From: Candidatus Nealsonbacteria bacterium | Lineage (GTDB): Bacteria > Patescibacteriota > Minisyncoccia > Minisyncoccales > RBG-13-42-11 | Direction: 5' to 3' | Length of the DNA stretch: 64,000 nt | Assembly (NCBI GenBank): GCA_026396095.1 | Contig: JAPLXK010000003.1 | Location: 12,727-76,726 of the forward strand | In this document: positions 48,267 through 57,430 of the stretch, piece by piece | Position numbering within the stretch: position 1 is the stretch's first letter | How the letters are laid out: each line of letters begins with the position of its first letter | Position numbers and translations under genes: made by a program | The notes under the pieces: generated by a model | Told to the model about the DNA's origin: nothing | The model's database searches: none | The model's input: only the letters and a program-made list of their open reading frames with translations

Positions 48267-49949
48267 TTACATCACTGTCTTTTTATCGTCCGTAATTAAT
48301 TTATCTTCTGGTAAATCGGTGGTAACGCCGGAAGAAGTGCCTTCTATCGTCTCGCCGGTCCACTGGTCTTCTCCTGTCATCTTGGCTTGGCCGATGATTT
48401 CCGGCATTTGGCCGATCTGGCTTCCTGTAGGAGTGAATTTAATCTGGAAGGAAATATTGGGAGCTGCTGTGCCGAAAACTCCCTGACTGGCTTTCAGGTC
48501 TCCCACAGACCAGACTATCTCCCGAGACTGGGAGTCAAAGGTAAATTTAGAAGACTGTTCTTCCGGAAAAATCAAGCCGGTTAAAGCGCAGTAGGCGGGC
48601 AAAACAGCTTTGACTTTTACGTTATTAACATTGTTGTAATAGTTCTTAACCTGCCAGACAATAGTATAGGTAGTGGGCTCTCCTCCTACTTTGGGGGGCA
48701 AAGAACCGGTATTACCAAAAATTTCATCGTTAAAATATCCTTTTTGAGAAATTACCAGCCTTGAATTTACCTTATTGATGAATTCCTCCTTGGATTGGCT
48801 CAAATATAGAGTATTTTTTATCAAAGGATTTTTCCCGCTGGCATCGGAAATGGGCCATTCGTTTTTAAGCTTTATCCAGAAATCAACTTCTCCCTGCTGG
48901 TCCGGAGACAAGAATTGAAGGCTTGGATTTTGATCCCAATTAAAAACAATTGAATTGTCTCCCTGCCTGAATTCTCCCATTGGAGATTGAATGGTTGAAA
49001 AATCAAATGACTCTCCTTCCAGTTTGGCTATAAGAAACAAGTTGGTAAGCTGCTCGTATCCGACGTTTTTAAAAAATATTTGATAATGAAGCAAATCTCC
49101 CGGGTTGGCAACATATTTCGGACTGCCGTTTATTTGCTGGGAAACATATGTGGAAGGATTATTAATCGTCACGCCCCTGTTTATTTCTTTCAACAGAATG
49201 AATTCTCCATTCTGCCAGCTGCCGATTTTCGCCTGAAATATTTTTTCCTCTCCAACTTCTCCTTTTAATCTTCCCTTTATCTCTATCCTTCCGCCGCTGG
49301 CTTTATTCAAAAGCCCGATATCCCATTCTGTTTTTTCCAAAGCCTTGGGGGAAGATTCTATAAACTCAAAATTCGAAGGATAATTAACCGTTACCTTCAG
49401 GTTGGGGATGGGATAATCCACGTTTGAAAAATAATTTAATCTGAATATAAGATCTCTTCCCGCATCCGCTTTGGTCGGCAAATCAAAATCAAAAGTAAGG
49501 GAAACTTTTTTAATAACGGTGGTAATCGTGGTTTCCGATTTATAGCGCGCCTTTATATTTTTAGGCTGATAGCTCAGCGACACCTTGGCTTCTTTCGCAT
49601 CTCCTTCCTTGCCCAAAAGCCTTGCCTTGAAGCGGAAAGACTTTTCTTCTCCCGGATAGATAACCCCTCCTAATTCTTCCGAGCTCTTCTTGATTAATAA
49701 TGTTTTGTCCGTTGTCGGAACGGAGTATTCCGGATATTCAAAAACCAGCTCCGGCTGCTCCAGGCTGGTGTCTCCGTTGTTCTTAAACCTCACAACGTAT
49801 TCAATCTCTTGAAGCAAATCAGCCTCATTCGGACCTAAAATTTCCAGTCTCAAGGTCTCTTTTGAATAAATGTTTTTTTGATAATAGTAAAACCCGGCAA
49901 GCCCTACTGCTACTGCTAAAATAACGATAAAAATGATCCTTTTTTTCAT
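48267..49949 (-). CDS. membrane-anchored surface protein with DUF11/CARDB-like beta-sandwich repeats
   Basis: N-terminal TM. Repeated YxIxxKNxG blocks (VRFKNNGDTSL, YQIFFKNVGYEQL, TIVWQVKNYYNNV). Confidence 0.5.
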   Translation of the reverse strand: MKKRIIFIVILAVAVGLAGFYYYQKNIYSKETLRLEILGPNEADLLQEIEYVVRFKNNGDTSLEQPELVFEYPEYSVPTTDKTLLIKKSSEELGGVIYPGEEKSFRFKARLLGKEGDAKEAKVSLSYQPKNIKARYKSETTITTVIKKVSLTFDFDLPTKADAGRDLIFRLNYFSNVDYPIPNLKVTVNYPSNFEFIESSPKALEKTEWDIGLLNKASGGRIEIKGRLKGEVGEEKIFQAKIGSWQNGEFILLKEINRGVTINNPSTYVSQQINGSPKYVANPGDLLHYQIFFKNVGYEQLTNLFLIAKLEGESFDFSTIQSPMGEFRQGDNSIVFNWDQNPSLQFLSPDQQGEVDFWIKLKNEWPISDASGKNPLIKNTLYLSQSKEEFINKVNSRLVISQKGYFNDEIFGNTGSLPPKVGGEPTTYTIVWQVKNYYNNVNNVKVKAVLPAYCALTGLIFPEEQSSKFTFDSQSREIVWSVGDLKASQGVFGTAAPNISFQIKFTPTGSQIGQMPEIIGQAKMTGEDQWTGETIEGTSSGVTTDLPEDKLITDDKKTVM

Positions 49950-49989
49950 AAGAGTTTTATTTTTCTTTTACTCTAACAGATTTTTCTTT

Positions 49990-50718
49990 TTAAGGCGAGG
50001 AAACGTATCCTGCCCGCCTTGAAATCTCTGAAAGATAGTATTGGGAAATGTCTTTAAGCGATCCCAGTTCTTCTTTTTTAATTTTAAGCTTTTTAAGGGT
50101 AAGCCAGTCTTTTTTTAAAATAATCCTGATAATTTTTATCGCATCAGGATTAATGCTCTTGGCCGATTCTGTCGGATTTTCGCATCGGCCGCAAGTCAGC
50201 CCCGCCTCTTTATCATTGAAATAAATATCTTTCGGGGATAGCTTTTTTTGGCACAAAGAGCAGTTATATAATTCGGGACGATAACCCAGGGTTGTAATGA
50301 AATTCCAAAAAAAATAGTAGTAAACAATTTCCGGCCTGGTACTGTTTAATTTTTTAAAAACCTCCATTAATAGATTCCAGATTTTTTCATCCGGATCCGC
50401 TTCTCTGACCAAGGAATCAAAAACTTCAGAAATTTTTGATAAAACGCTCAATGTTTTTAAATCTTTTTTCAGGCTCTTGAAACTGTCTATCAATACGGCA
50501 TCAATCAGTGTTTTGTAATGCTTCCCCTGGATGAATTCTATCTCTGAAAAATAAAAAAGCTCCAAGCCGCCCCGGAGCTTTGAGGTAATTTTTCTTTCAG
50601 CCCTGGCCAGCAGATCAAGCTTTCCGAAATCTTTTGTATAAACGGTGAAAATCCGATTTGCTTCGCCTCTGTCGTTTTTTTTCAAAATAAAACCCGAGGT
50701 CCTGTAATGATTAAACAT
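49990..50718 (-). CDS. recO: DNA repair protein RecO
   Basis: N-terminal OB fold (GFILKKNDRGEANRIFTVYTKDFGK) and a C-terminal Cys4 zinc motif (CSLC...CGRC). Confidence 0.8.
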   Translation of the reverse strand: MFNHYRTSGFILKKNDRGEANRIFTVYTKDFGKLDLLARAERKITSKLRGGLELFYFSEIEFIQGKHYKTLIDAVLIDSFKSLKKDLKTLSVLSKISEVFDSLVREADPDEKIWNLLMEVFKKLNSTRPEIVYYYFFWNFITTLGYRPELYNCSLCQKKLSPKDIYFNDKEAGLTCGRCENPTESAKSINPDAIKIIRIILKKDWLTLKKLKIKKEELGSLKDISQYYLSEISRRAGYVSSP

Positions 50719-50724
50719 TAAATT

Positions 50725-51114
50725 TTATTTGCCCAAAATGCTTTTTGCAACCTTGATCTCCTTGTCTATTCTTTTTCTGTCTAAATCTGTATTGGCATAA
50801 GCTCTTTCTTTCTCTAGTCCTTTAAGGGTTTTTTCTCCTTTCTTTTTGTCTAAATAATCTCCGGATTTTCCGAACAGTTCATTGCTAATTTCCACTCTTT
50901 CCGATTCCGGCAAATTTGTCTTTCTCCAGGCTTCGTCGCTTCTTGCCCACCCTCCCAGAGATTCGCGCTTAAGATACTTGTTCCCTCCCCAGGCGGAAGT
51001 GTCTATTTCTTTTTTTGGTTCCGGTGCCGGCGCTTTTTCTTTTGGCGTCTCAGTTTCCCTTGAAATACTCGTCTTTGAACCGCTTAATTGTTCTTTTTTG
51101 TCATCAATAGCCAT
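50725..51114 (-). CDS. hypothetical charged protein (129 aa)
   Basis: Start abuts the ileS stop. Lys/Glu-rich, no domain. Confidence 0.4.
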   Translation of the reverse strand: MAIDDKKEQLSGSKTSISRETETPKEKAPAPEPKKEIDTSAWGGNKYLKRESLGGWARSDEAWRKTNLPESERVEISNELFGKSGDYLDKKKGEKTLKGLEKERAYANTDLDRKRIDKEIKVAKSILGK

Positions 51115-53949
51115 TTAATTTATCTTTTTAATTGTTAAATTTAATTCTTTGTTTTCGACTTTTATTGTTTTTTCCGAATCAAAAGAGCCTCCTTCTCCTT
51201 TAAACATACCCTTAATTCTGGCTTCTTTTAAAATTGATTTTTTGTTTTCATCCAGGAATTTTTCAAGCTCCGGGTTACCTGAATATCCTACCGAAATTTC
51301 GTCTTCCGGCTTTAATCCGGCCCTTTTCCTTATTTCCTGAATGTTATGTATTATTTCCCGAATCATGCCTTCTTCTTTAAGCTCTGAGCTAATTTCAATA
51401 TCAAGATGCAAGACCTCTCCGAATCCTATTTTTTTAACATTAACTTCTTCCTTGATCAAACCTAATAATTCCTGCTCTTTTTCCAGGTCAGAGTCAGTAA
51501 TTATTAATTCCTTCAAGGGCTGCCTGACTTTAATCCCTGACTTCGCCCTTTCGGCCAATGCCGATGCTATGATCTCCCTTGTTTTTTTCATTTTTCCTTC
51601 CAATTTTTCATCAATCAATTCTTTTTTAGGCAAGGGGTAGTCTTCCAAATGGATTGATTCTTTTTCTCCGTTTAAATCCTGATATGCTGATTCGGCGCTG
51701 AAAGGAACAAAGGGCGCCAAAAGAAGAGACAGTTTCAAAAGAACATAATACAGGGTTTGAGAGGCTTCTTCTTTTTCTTGATTGTTTTCCGGTTTCTGCA
51801 GTCTTTTTCTGGAGCGCCTGATATACCAATTAGACAGATCGTCTACAAAGTCCTCAAACAGCCTGGCCGCACCGACTATGTCGTAATTGTCCAGCTTTTC
51901 TATTATTTTAATATTCAAGCTTTCCAAGGAAGAAAGAATCCATTTGTCGAGCAGATTATCCGTTTTAAAATCTTTTTTATGCTTAAATCCTTTTTTTGCG
52001 TAAAGGTCAAAAAACTTTCTGCTATTGATGAGGGTGTCAAAAAATCTTCTGTAAAGAGATTGAATATCATTAAAATCGAATTTTTTGGGGTCTCCGACCG
52101 AGTTTATAGTGTAGAAATAAAACCTGGCAACATCTGCTCCGTACTTATCGATGATATCAGAGGGCACCACGACATTGCCTTTTGATTTGGACATTTTCTT
52201 GCCTTTTCCGTCCAAAACCAGGCCCGTTGAAACAACGTTTTTATATGGAGATTCAAATCCCAGAAGGGTTGAAATGGCCAAAAGGGTGTAAAACCAGCCC
52301 CTTGTCTGATCAACTCCTTCGCAAATAAAATCAGCCGGAAAGAATTCTTTTTTATCGATAAGTTCCTTATTCTCAAAAGGATAGTGGCTCTGGGCAAAAG
52401 GCATTGCGCCCGAATCAAACCAGCAATCAATCACCTCTTTGACCCTCTTCATTTTTCCTCCGCATTCGCATTTCAAGATAACTTCATCGATTTGGGGGCG
52501 ATGGAGATTTTTGATTTCCGAGAAAGATTCTTTTTTTTCTTCGAGCTCTTTAATGCTTCCTATGCAAATGTTTTTATCGCATTTTTCGCATTGCCAGATC
52601 GGAAGAGGAGTTCCCCAATATCTTTCCCTAGATAAATTCCAATCTTTCACGTCTTTGAGCCATTCCCCGAAGCGCCCTTCTTTTAAATATTCCGGCACCC
52701 AGTTTATTTTTTTATTATTCTCAATGAGCTTGTCCTTTATTGCCGTTGTTTTGATAAACCAGGACTGCTTGGCGTAATAAAGTAGAGGAGAGTCGCATCT
52801 CCAGCAGAAAGGATATTCGTGCTCGCATGATTCTTCCTTAAAAAGAATATTTTTTTCTTTTAATTCTTTTATAATCAAAGGATCTGCATCCTTGACGAAT
52901 TTTCCCTCCCAGGGCTTAACTTCTTCCTTAAATTTACCTTCTTCGTCTACGTTTAAGATAATGGGCAAATTATTCTTTTGCCCAACAATCATATCGTCTT
53001 CTCCGAAAGCCGGCGCTATATGAACCAGGCCCGTTCCTTCCTGAGTTGAAACAAAATCGCCGGCCACCAGATAATAAGCTTTTTTGTCCGGTTTTGTGAA
53101 ATCAAAAATCGGATCATATTCTTTTCCAATTAAATCTTTTCCTTTTATTTCCTCTGATATTTCGTCGTATCCGTCACCTATCGCAGAAATTCTTTCTTTT
53201 GCCAAATACAAATACTCGTTGCCGGTCTTGACCTTCAGATAAGAAAGCTCCGGATTAACGGCAATAGCCACGTTTCCCGGCAGAGTCCAGGGGGTGGTTG
53301 TCCAAACAAGAAAATAGGTATTTTTTTCTTTTTTTACCGGAAACTTTACGTAAACAGAATTTTCCCTTACTGTTTTATACCCCTGGGCGACCTCATGCGA
53401 AGAAAGAGAGGTTCCGCACCTCGGGCAATAAGGAACAACCTTATAATCCTGGAACAAAAGTCCTTTTTCCCAGATCTGCTTCAATATCCACCATAGGGTT
53501 TCTATATATTCATCGCTGCAGGTGATATATGGATTTTTCAAATCAAGCCAGTAGCCGATTCTCCGGGTGAATTCTTCCCATTCTTTTTTATAGAGAAAAA
53601 TATTGTTTTTACATTCTTCAATAAATCCCCCTATATCTTTTTCTATTTCTTTCTTGCTGTTTATCTTCAGTTTCTTCTCGGCCGACATCTCGGTCGGCAA
53701 CCCGTGGGTGTCCCAGCCGGCTTTTCTTTTAACGGAAAATCCCTGCATTGTTTTATATCGCAGGATAACGTCTTTAAAAGCTCTGACCAGCAAATGATGT
53801 ATTCCCGGCAAACCATTGGCGAAGGGAGGCCCTTCGTAAAAAACAAATTTCGGCTTGTCTTTTGTCTTTTCCAAGCTTTTTTCAAAGATTTTGTTTTTCT
53901 CCCAAAAGTCCAGTATTTCTTCTTCTTTTTTAGAAAGGTTTAGTTCCAT
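51115..53949 (-). CDS. ileS: isoleucyl-tRNA synthetase (type 2, eukaryote-like)
   Basis: PPFANGLPGIHHLL (HIGH region variant), GWDTHGLP, KMSKSKGN and CP1 editing domain. 944 aa. Confidence 0.9.
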   Translation of the reverse strand: MELNLSKKEEEILDFWEKNKIFEKSLEKTKDKPKFVFYEGPPFANGLPGIHHLLVRAFKDVILRYKTMQGFSVKRKAGWDTHGLPTEMSAEKKLKINSKKEIEKDIGGFIEECKNNIFLYKKEWEEFTRRIGYWLDLKNPYITCSDEYIETLWWILKQIWEKGLLFQDYKVVPYCPRCGTSLSSHEVAQGYKTVRENSVYVKFPVKKEKNTYFLVWTTTPWTLPGNVAIAVNPELSYLKVKTGNEYLYLAKERISAIGDGYDEISEEIKGKDLIGKEYDPIFDFTKPDKKAYYLVAGDFVSTQEGTGLVHIAPAFGEDDMIVGQKNNLPIILNVDEEGKFKEEVKPWEGKFVKDADPLIIKELKEKNILFKEESCEHEYPFCWRCDSPLLYYAKQSWFIKTTAIKDKLIENNKKINWVPEYLKEGRFGEWLKDVKDWNLSRERYWGTPLPIWQCEKCDKNICIGSIKELEEKKESFSEIKNLHRPQIDEVILKCECGGKMKRVKEVIDCWFDSGAMPFAQSHYPFENKELIDKKEFFPADFICEGVDQTRGWFYTLLAISTLLGFESPYKNVVSTGLVLDGKGKKMSKSKGNVVVPSDIIDKYGADVARFYFYTINSVGDPKKFDFNDIQSLYRRFFDTLINSRKFFDLYAKKGFKHKKDFKTDNLLDKWILSSLESLNIKIIEKLDNYDIVGAARLFEDFVDDLSNWYIRRSRKRLQKPENNQEKEEASQTLYYVLLKLSLLLAPFVPFSAESAYQDLNGEKESIHLEDYPLPKKELIDEKLEGKMKKTREIIASALAERAKSGIKVRQPLKELIITDSDLEKEQELLGLIKEEVNVKKIGFGEVLHLDIEISSELKEEGMIREIIHNIQEIRKRAGLKPEDEISVGYSGNPELEKFLDENKKSILKEARIKGMFKGEGGSFDSEKTIKVENKELNLTIKKIN

Positions 53950-53955
53950 ATAATA

Positions 53956-54552
53956 TTAAGCTAATTTGCGCATTTCTCCTGTTTTTATTTCTCTTTTCCC
54001 GACGATTATTTTTACAAATTCTTCTAAGTTGTAATTGTTCACAGCTTTTTCCAATAAGGTAAGGGGTCTTTGATGGCTGACGATTAAAATATTTTTTCCT
54101 TCATATTTTTTTTCCGTTTCTTTAAAAAAATCATACATCCTCTTTTCTAGCTGAACATAATTTTCTCCCTTATCCGGCGCTACCTTAAATCTTTTTTTAT
54201 AATACTCCTCGGGAGAAAGCCTTCTTTCCTTGTCCCAGAATCTTCCTATCTCATCTATCGGCTTGTTGTTAAGAATGCCCACGTTAACCTCTCTAAGTCT
54301 TTTATCCAGCCTCACCTTTATTCCTATTTCTTTACTAACGATTCCCGCTGTTTGCTTCGTTCTTAATAAGTCGGAAGAAAAGATCAGGCTTATCTTTTTC
54401 TTCTTCAGCTCTTTGGCTGACTTCTTGATTTGTTTTATCCCTTTCTCGGTTAATGGGGATTTTATCTTTTCCGGCCAGCAGGAAGCTCTCTTTTCTATAT
54501 TCCTTAAAGACTCTCCGTGGCGCAGGATAAAATATTGATTTCTTAATTCCAT
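53956..54552 (-). CDS. histidine-phosphatase superfamily (phosphoglycerate-mutase-like) protein
   Basis: RHGES catalytic motif and SDLLRTKQTA. Confidence 0.8.
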   Translation of the reverse strand: MELRNQYFILRHGESLRNIEKRASCWPEKIKSPLTEKGIKQIKKSAKELKKKKISLIFSSDLLRTKQTAGIVSKEIGIKVRLDKRLREVNVGILNNKPIDEIGRFWDKERRLSPEEYYKKRFKVAPDKGENYVQLEKRMYDFFKETEKKYEGKNILIVSHQRPLTLLEKAVNNYNLEEFVKIIVGKREIKTGEMRKLA

Positions 54553-54667
54553 TTCTTAAAAATATCATTTAAATGGCTTTTTTTCAAATCCTTGACTAAT
54601 TTTTAATTTAATTGTATTGTTTAATTTGCGAGCCGAGCTCGTTTAAAATCAGACAAAAGGTGAAGTG

Positions 54668-54880
54668 ATGACAAGATATGTGTTTGAAAAAGTGGCTCCC
54701 TTTAAGGAGTGGATAGCCGACCACGTAACTTCGGAAAAGTATGAGGCGTATATCACCCCAAACAACGAAGTGGTACTTGTCCACCTGTGGTTGAAAGAGA
54801 ACGGAGTAAAAATCTACTCTGCCGACGTTGATTGGGACGACACCAAGCCTCCGGGAGTAGAATATATTCCTCGAAAATAA
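54668..54880 (+). CDS. hypothetical small protein (70 aa)
   Basis: AAGGTGA SD 4 nt before ATG, and its own hairpin terminator. GC about 45 percent versus about 36 percent in the flanking genes. Confidence 0.5.
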   Translation: MTRYVFEKVAPFKEWIADHVTSEKYEAYITPNNEVVLVHLWLKENGVKIYSADVDWDDTKPPGVEYIPRK

Positions 54881-54883
54881 AAA

Positions 54884-54910
54884 GAGCAAAAATTTGCTCC
54901 TTTTTTATTT
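54884..54910. terminator. bidirectional terminator GAGCAAA-aa-TTTGCTC plus T6
   Basis: Serves the plus-strand small gene and minus-strand argS. Confidence 0.6.
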
Positions 54911-54930
54911 GAGAATTAATTTTTACCCTC

Positions 54931-56520
54931 TTACATCTTTTCCGGCGCGGAAATCCCCATCAAATCCAAGGTATTTTTTAAAACTATCTGGGTTGCTAAA
55001 ACCAAGGATAAACGGCTTTCGCTCAATTTCCTATCTTCAGAAATTACCCGGCAAGCCTGGTAAAAATGGTGGAAAATTGTTGCCAGCTCCATCGCATACT
55101 GGGGCAGACGCTGGACCTGATAATCATTTGCCGTATCTTCAACGATTTCCGGCAAGCTGATTAATTTTTTAATAAGCTCTGATTCGCTCGGGTGAACCAA
55201 TAATTGAAGGCTTGAGGATTGATGATTCAGGTTGTTTGTTTTTTTGAGTATGCTGCAAATTCTGGCATGGGCATATTGAACGTAAAAAACGGGGTTCTTC
55301 TCCGATTGCTGCTTGGCCAAATCTAAATCAAAATTCAGATGAGTGTCTGAGTTCCTGGTTAAAAAGAAAAATCTTGCAACGTCCAGGCCGACCTCATCAA
55401 TCAATTCGTCTAAAACCACGTATGTCCCAGTTCTTTTTGACATTCTTTTTTCCTGGCCGTTCTCAAACAATCTGACCATCTGCATAATAATGATATCAAT
55501 CTGTTCTTTTTTATAGCCCAAAGCTTCAGCCATTGATTTTATTCTGTCAATGTATCCGTAATGATCAGCTCCCCAGATATATATTAAATGATCAAACCCC
55601 CTGTCAAACTTATCTTTTAAGTAGGCTGCGTCTGAGGCCAAATAAGTTGTTTCTTTGTCTGCTTTAATCAAGACCCTATCTTTGTCGTCTTTGAATTTCG
55701 TTGACCTAAACCACAGTGCTCCGTCTTTTTCGTAGGCTAAATCTTTTTTCTTCAAAAAATCTAAAGCTTTTTCAACCTTCTTTTTTTTATAAAGCTCCTC
55801 CTCTGAAAACCAGACGTCAAAATTTATTCCCATTTTTTTGACCGAAGGCTTTATCATTTTTTCAAAAATAATTTCAGCCGCTTTTTGTCCCACCTCTTCC
55901 GGATCATCTCCTTTTATCTCTTTTTTCAGATCCTCTATATAATCTCCTTTGTAAACCGCTTCCGAATCTCCCAGAACAGAATGTCCCAGCTTTCTGATCT
56001 GCCCTCCCGTGTCATTAATATAATACTCCCTCTTTACCTCATATCCCGCTTTATTCAAAACATTAACTAAAACATCTCCGCAGAATCCTCCTCGGCCATT
56101 ACCTAGAGTTAGGGGACCTGTAGGATTGGCCGAGATAAATTCAATGTTGATTTTTTTTCCTTTGCCTGTCGCCAGTTGTCCGAATTTTTCCTTTTTCTTC
56201 AGGATTTCTTTGATTTCATTTTGAAGGCATTCTTGGGAAAGGAAAAAGTTAATGAATCCCGGGCCGGCTGTTTCTATCTTTTCAAAAATATCAGACTTAA
56301 AGCTTAATATTTGATTTTTTAATATTTCCGCTGTTTCCAGGGGAGACTTCTTGTTCTCTTTGGCAATAGCCATGGCTATGCTTGAGGCATAGTCTCCCAT
56401 CCCTTTAACTTCCGGCTGGTCTATTTTGATTTTGGGAATGCCAAAAACGGGAAAAGCCCCTTTTCCTTGAAGTTCTTTTATCGCTCTTTCAATGATTTTT
56501 TTTATTTCTTCTCTAACCAT
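54931..56520 (-). CDS. argS: arginyl-tRNA synthetase
   Basis: Add-1 N-domain. SANPTGPLTLGNGRGG (HIGH-region variant). C-terminal DALR anticodon-binding domain. Confidence 0.9.
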   Translation of the reverse strand: MVREEIKKIIERAIKELQGKGAFPVFGIPKIKIDQPEVKGMGDYASSIAMAIAKENKKSPLETAEILKNQILSFKSDIFEKIETAGPGFINFFLSQECLQNEIKEILKKKEKFGQLATGKGKKINIEFISANPTGPLTLGNGRGGFCGDVLVNVLNKAGYEVKREYYINDTGGQIRKLGHSVLGDSEAVYKGDYIEDLKKEIKGDDPEEVGQKAAEIIFEKMIKPSVKKMGINFDVWFSEEELYKKKKVEKALDFLKKKDLAYEKDGALWFRSTKFKDDKDRVLIKADKETTYLASDAAYLKDKFDRGFDHLIYIWGADHYGYIDRIKSMAEALGYKKEQIDIIIMQMVRLFENGQEKRMSKRTGTYVVLDELIDEVGLDVARFFFLTRNSDTHLNFDLDLAKQQSEKNPVFYVQYAHARICSILKKTNNLNHQSSSLQLLVHPSESELIKKLISLPEIVEDTANDYQVQRLPQYAMELATIFHHFYQACRVISEDRKLSESRLSLVLATQIVLKNTLDLMGISAPEKM

Positions 56521-56559
56521 TAATTCAATTTTATCTTAATTTCTGCTAAAATAAAAGCG

Positions 56560-57009
56560 ATGAAGGTATTATCTGAGAACAGAAAAGCCCATTTTAACTA
56601 TCAGATCCTGGAAAAATACGAAGCCGGGATTGCTTTAAACGGGCAAGAGGTTAAATCAATCAAATTAGGCAGGATAAACCTGATGGGTTCTTATGTTATA
56701 ATAAGAAACAGTGAGGTTTATCTGATAGGAGCCAGTGTTCCTCCCTACCAGCCCAAGAACGCTCCGTCCGATTATGACCCTCAGCGCACCAGGAAGCTTC
56801 TTTTGAGGAAAACCGAGATTGATTATTTACTCGGGAAGTCCCAGCAAAAGGGCTTGACGATGATACCCTTGAAAGTGTATACTAACAACGGAAAAATTAA
56901 GGTTGAATTCGGACTGGGAAAAGGAAAAAAAATGTTCGATAAGAGGGAAACGATCAAAAAAAGGGAAACGGAAAAGGAAATGAAAAGAGAATTAAAAATA
57001 CGGGGATGA
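56560..57009 (+). CDS. smpB: SsrA-binding protein SmpB
   Basis: HFNYQILEKYEAGIAL...GASV...LLLRK motifs. Stop TGA at 57007-57009 lies inside the tmRNA 5' end. Confidence 0.9.
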   Translation: MKVLSENRKAHFNYQILEKYEAGIALNGQEVKSIKLGRINLMGSYVIIRNSEVYLIGASVPPYQPKNAPSDYDPQRTRKLLLRKTEIDYLLGKSQQKGLTMIPLKVYTNNGKIKVEFGLGKGKKMFDKRETIKKRETEKEMKRELKIRG

Positions 57010-57360
57010 CAGGCTTCGATGGAGAGAGAACTAGAACAAGCAAGCAGAGCTTCTCAAATCTCGTTAAACTTTGAGAAATTAAAAATAAGTGACAACTTAT
57101 TCGCAAGCCCAAAGCTTGCACCTGCTTTCGCCTAATAGCCTAAGCCGTCCTCTTACCCATTCTCGGCAAGTAAAGTAGGGCGCAAAAATCCGAGATCGGC
57201 AATTGTTTCGTTCCAAATAATTGCTCAAACATTAGGAACTAGGAGTATTAAATTTTTGTTTATTTTATATTTAATATTTCCGAAAAAAATAAATAGACTA
57301 AGCTTGTAGATCTGTTTTAGGACAACTCTTCACACGCGTGTCCGATTCCCGCCTTCTCCA
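57002..57360 (+). ncRNA. ssrA: tmRNA (SsrA), about 359 nt; predicted tag (A)DNLFASPKLAPAFA
   Basis: 5' end GGGGATGACAGGCTTCGATGG resembles the E. coli/B. subtilis tmRNA 5' end. The 3' strand CTTCTCC-A pairs with the 5' GGGGATG and keeps G3-U. In-frame tag ORF GAC AAC TTA TTC GCA AGC CCA AAG CTT GCA CCT GCT TTC GCC TAA TAG (57091-57138) with a double stop, preceded by AATAAGT. Classic position directly after smpB. Confidence 0.75.
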
Positions 57361-57430
57361 CAAATAATTAAAAAACCTTAAACCTATCTTTAAAAGACCC
57401 TTACTCAACAATCAAATAAGAGCAAGAGAA

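Noticed and set aside
54608-54889. 93-aa minus-strand ORF overlapping the small plus-strand gene
   Set aside because: No RBS. Hydrophobic/aromatic junk-like translation. The plus-strand frame has SD plus terminator and is preferred.
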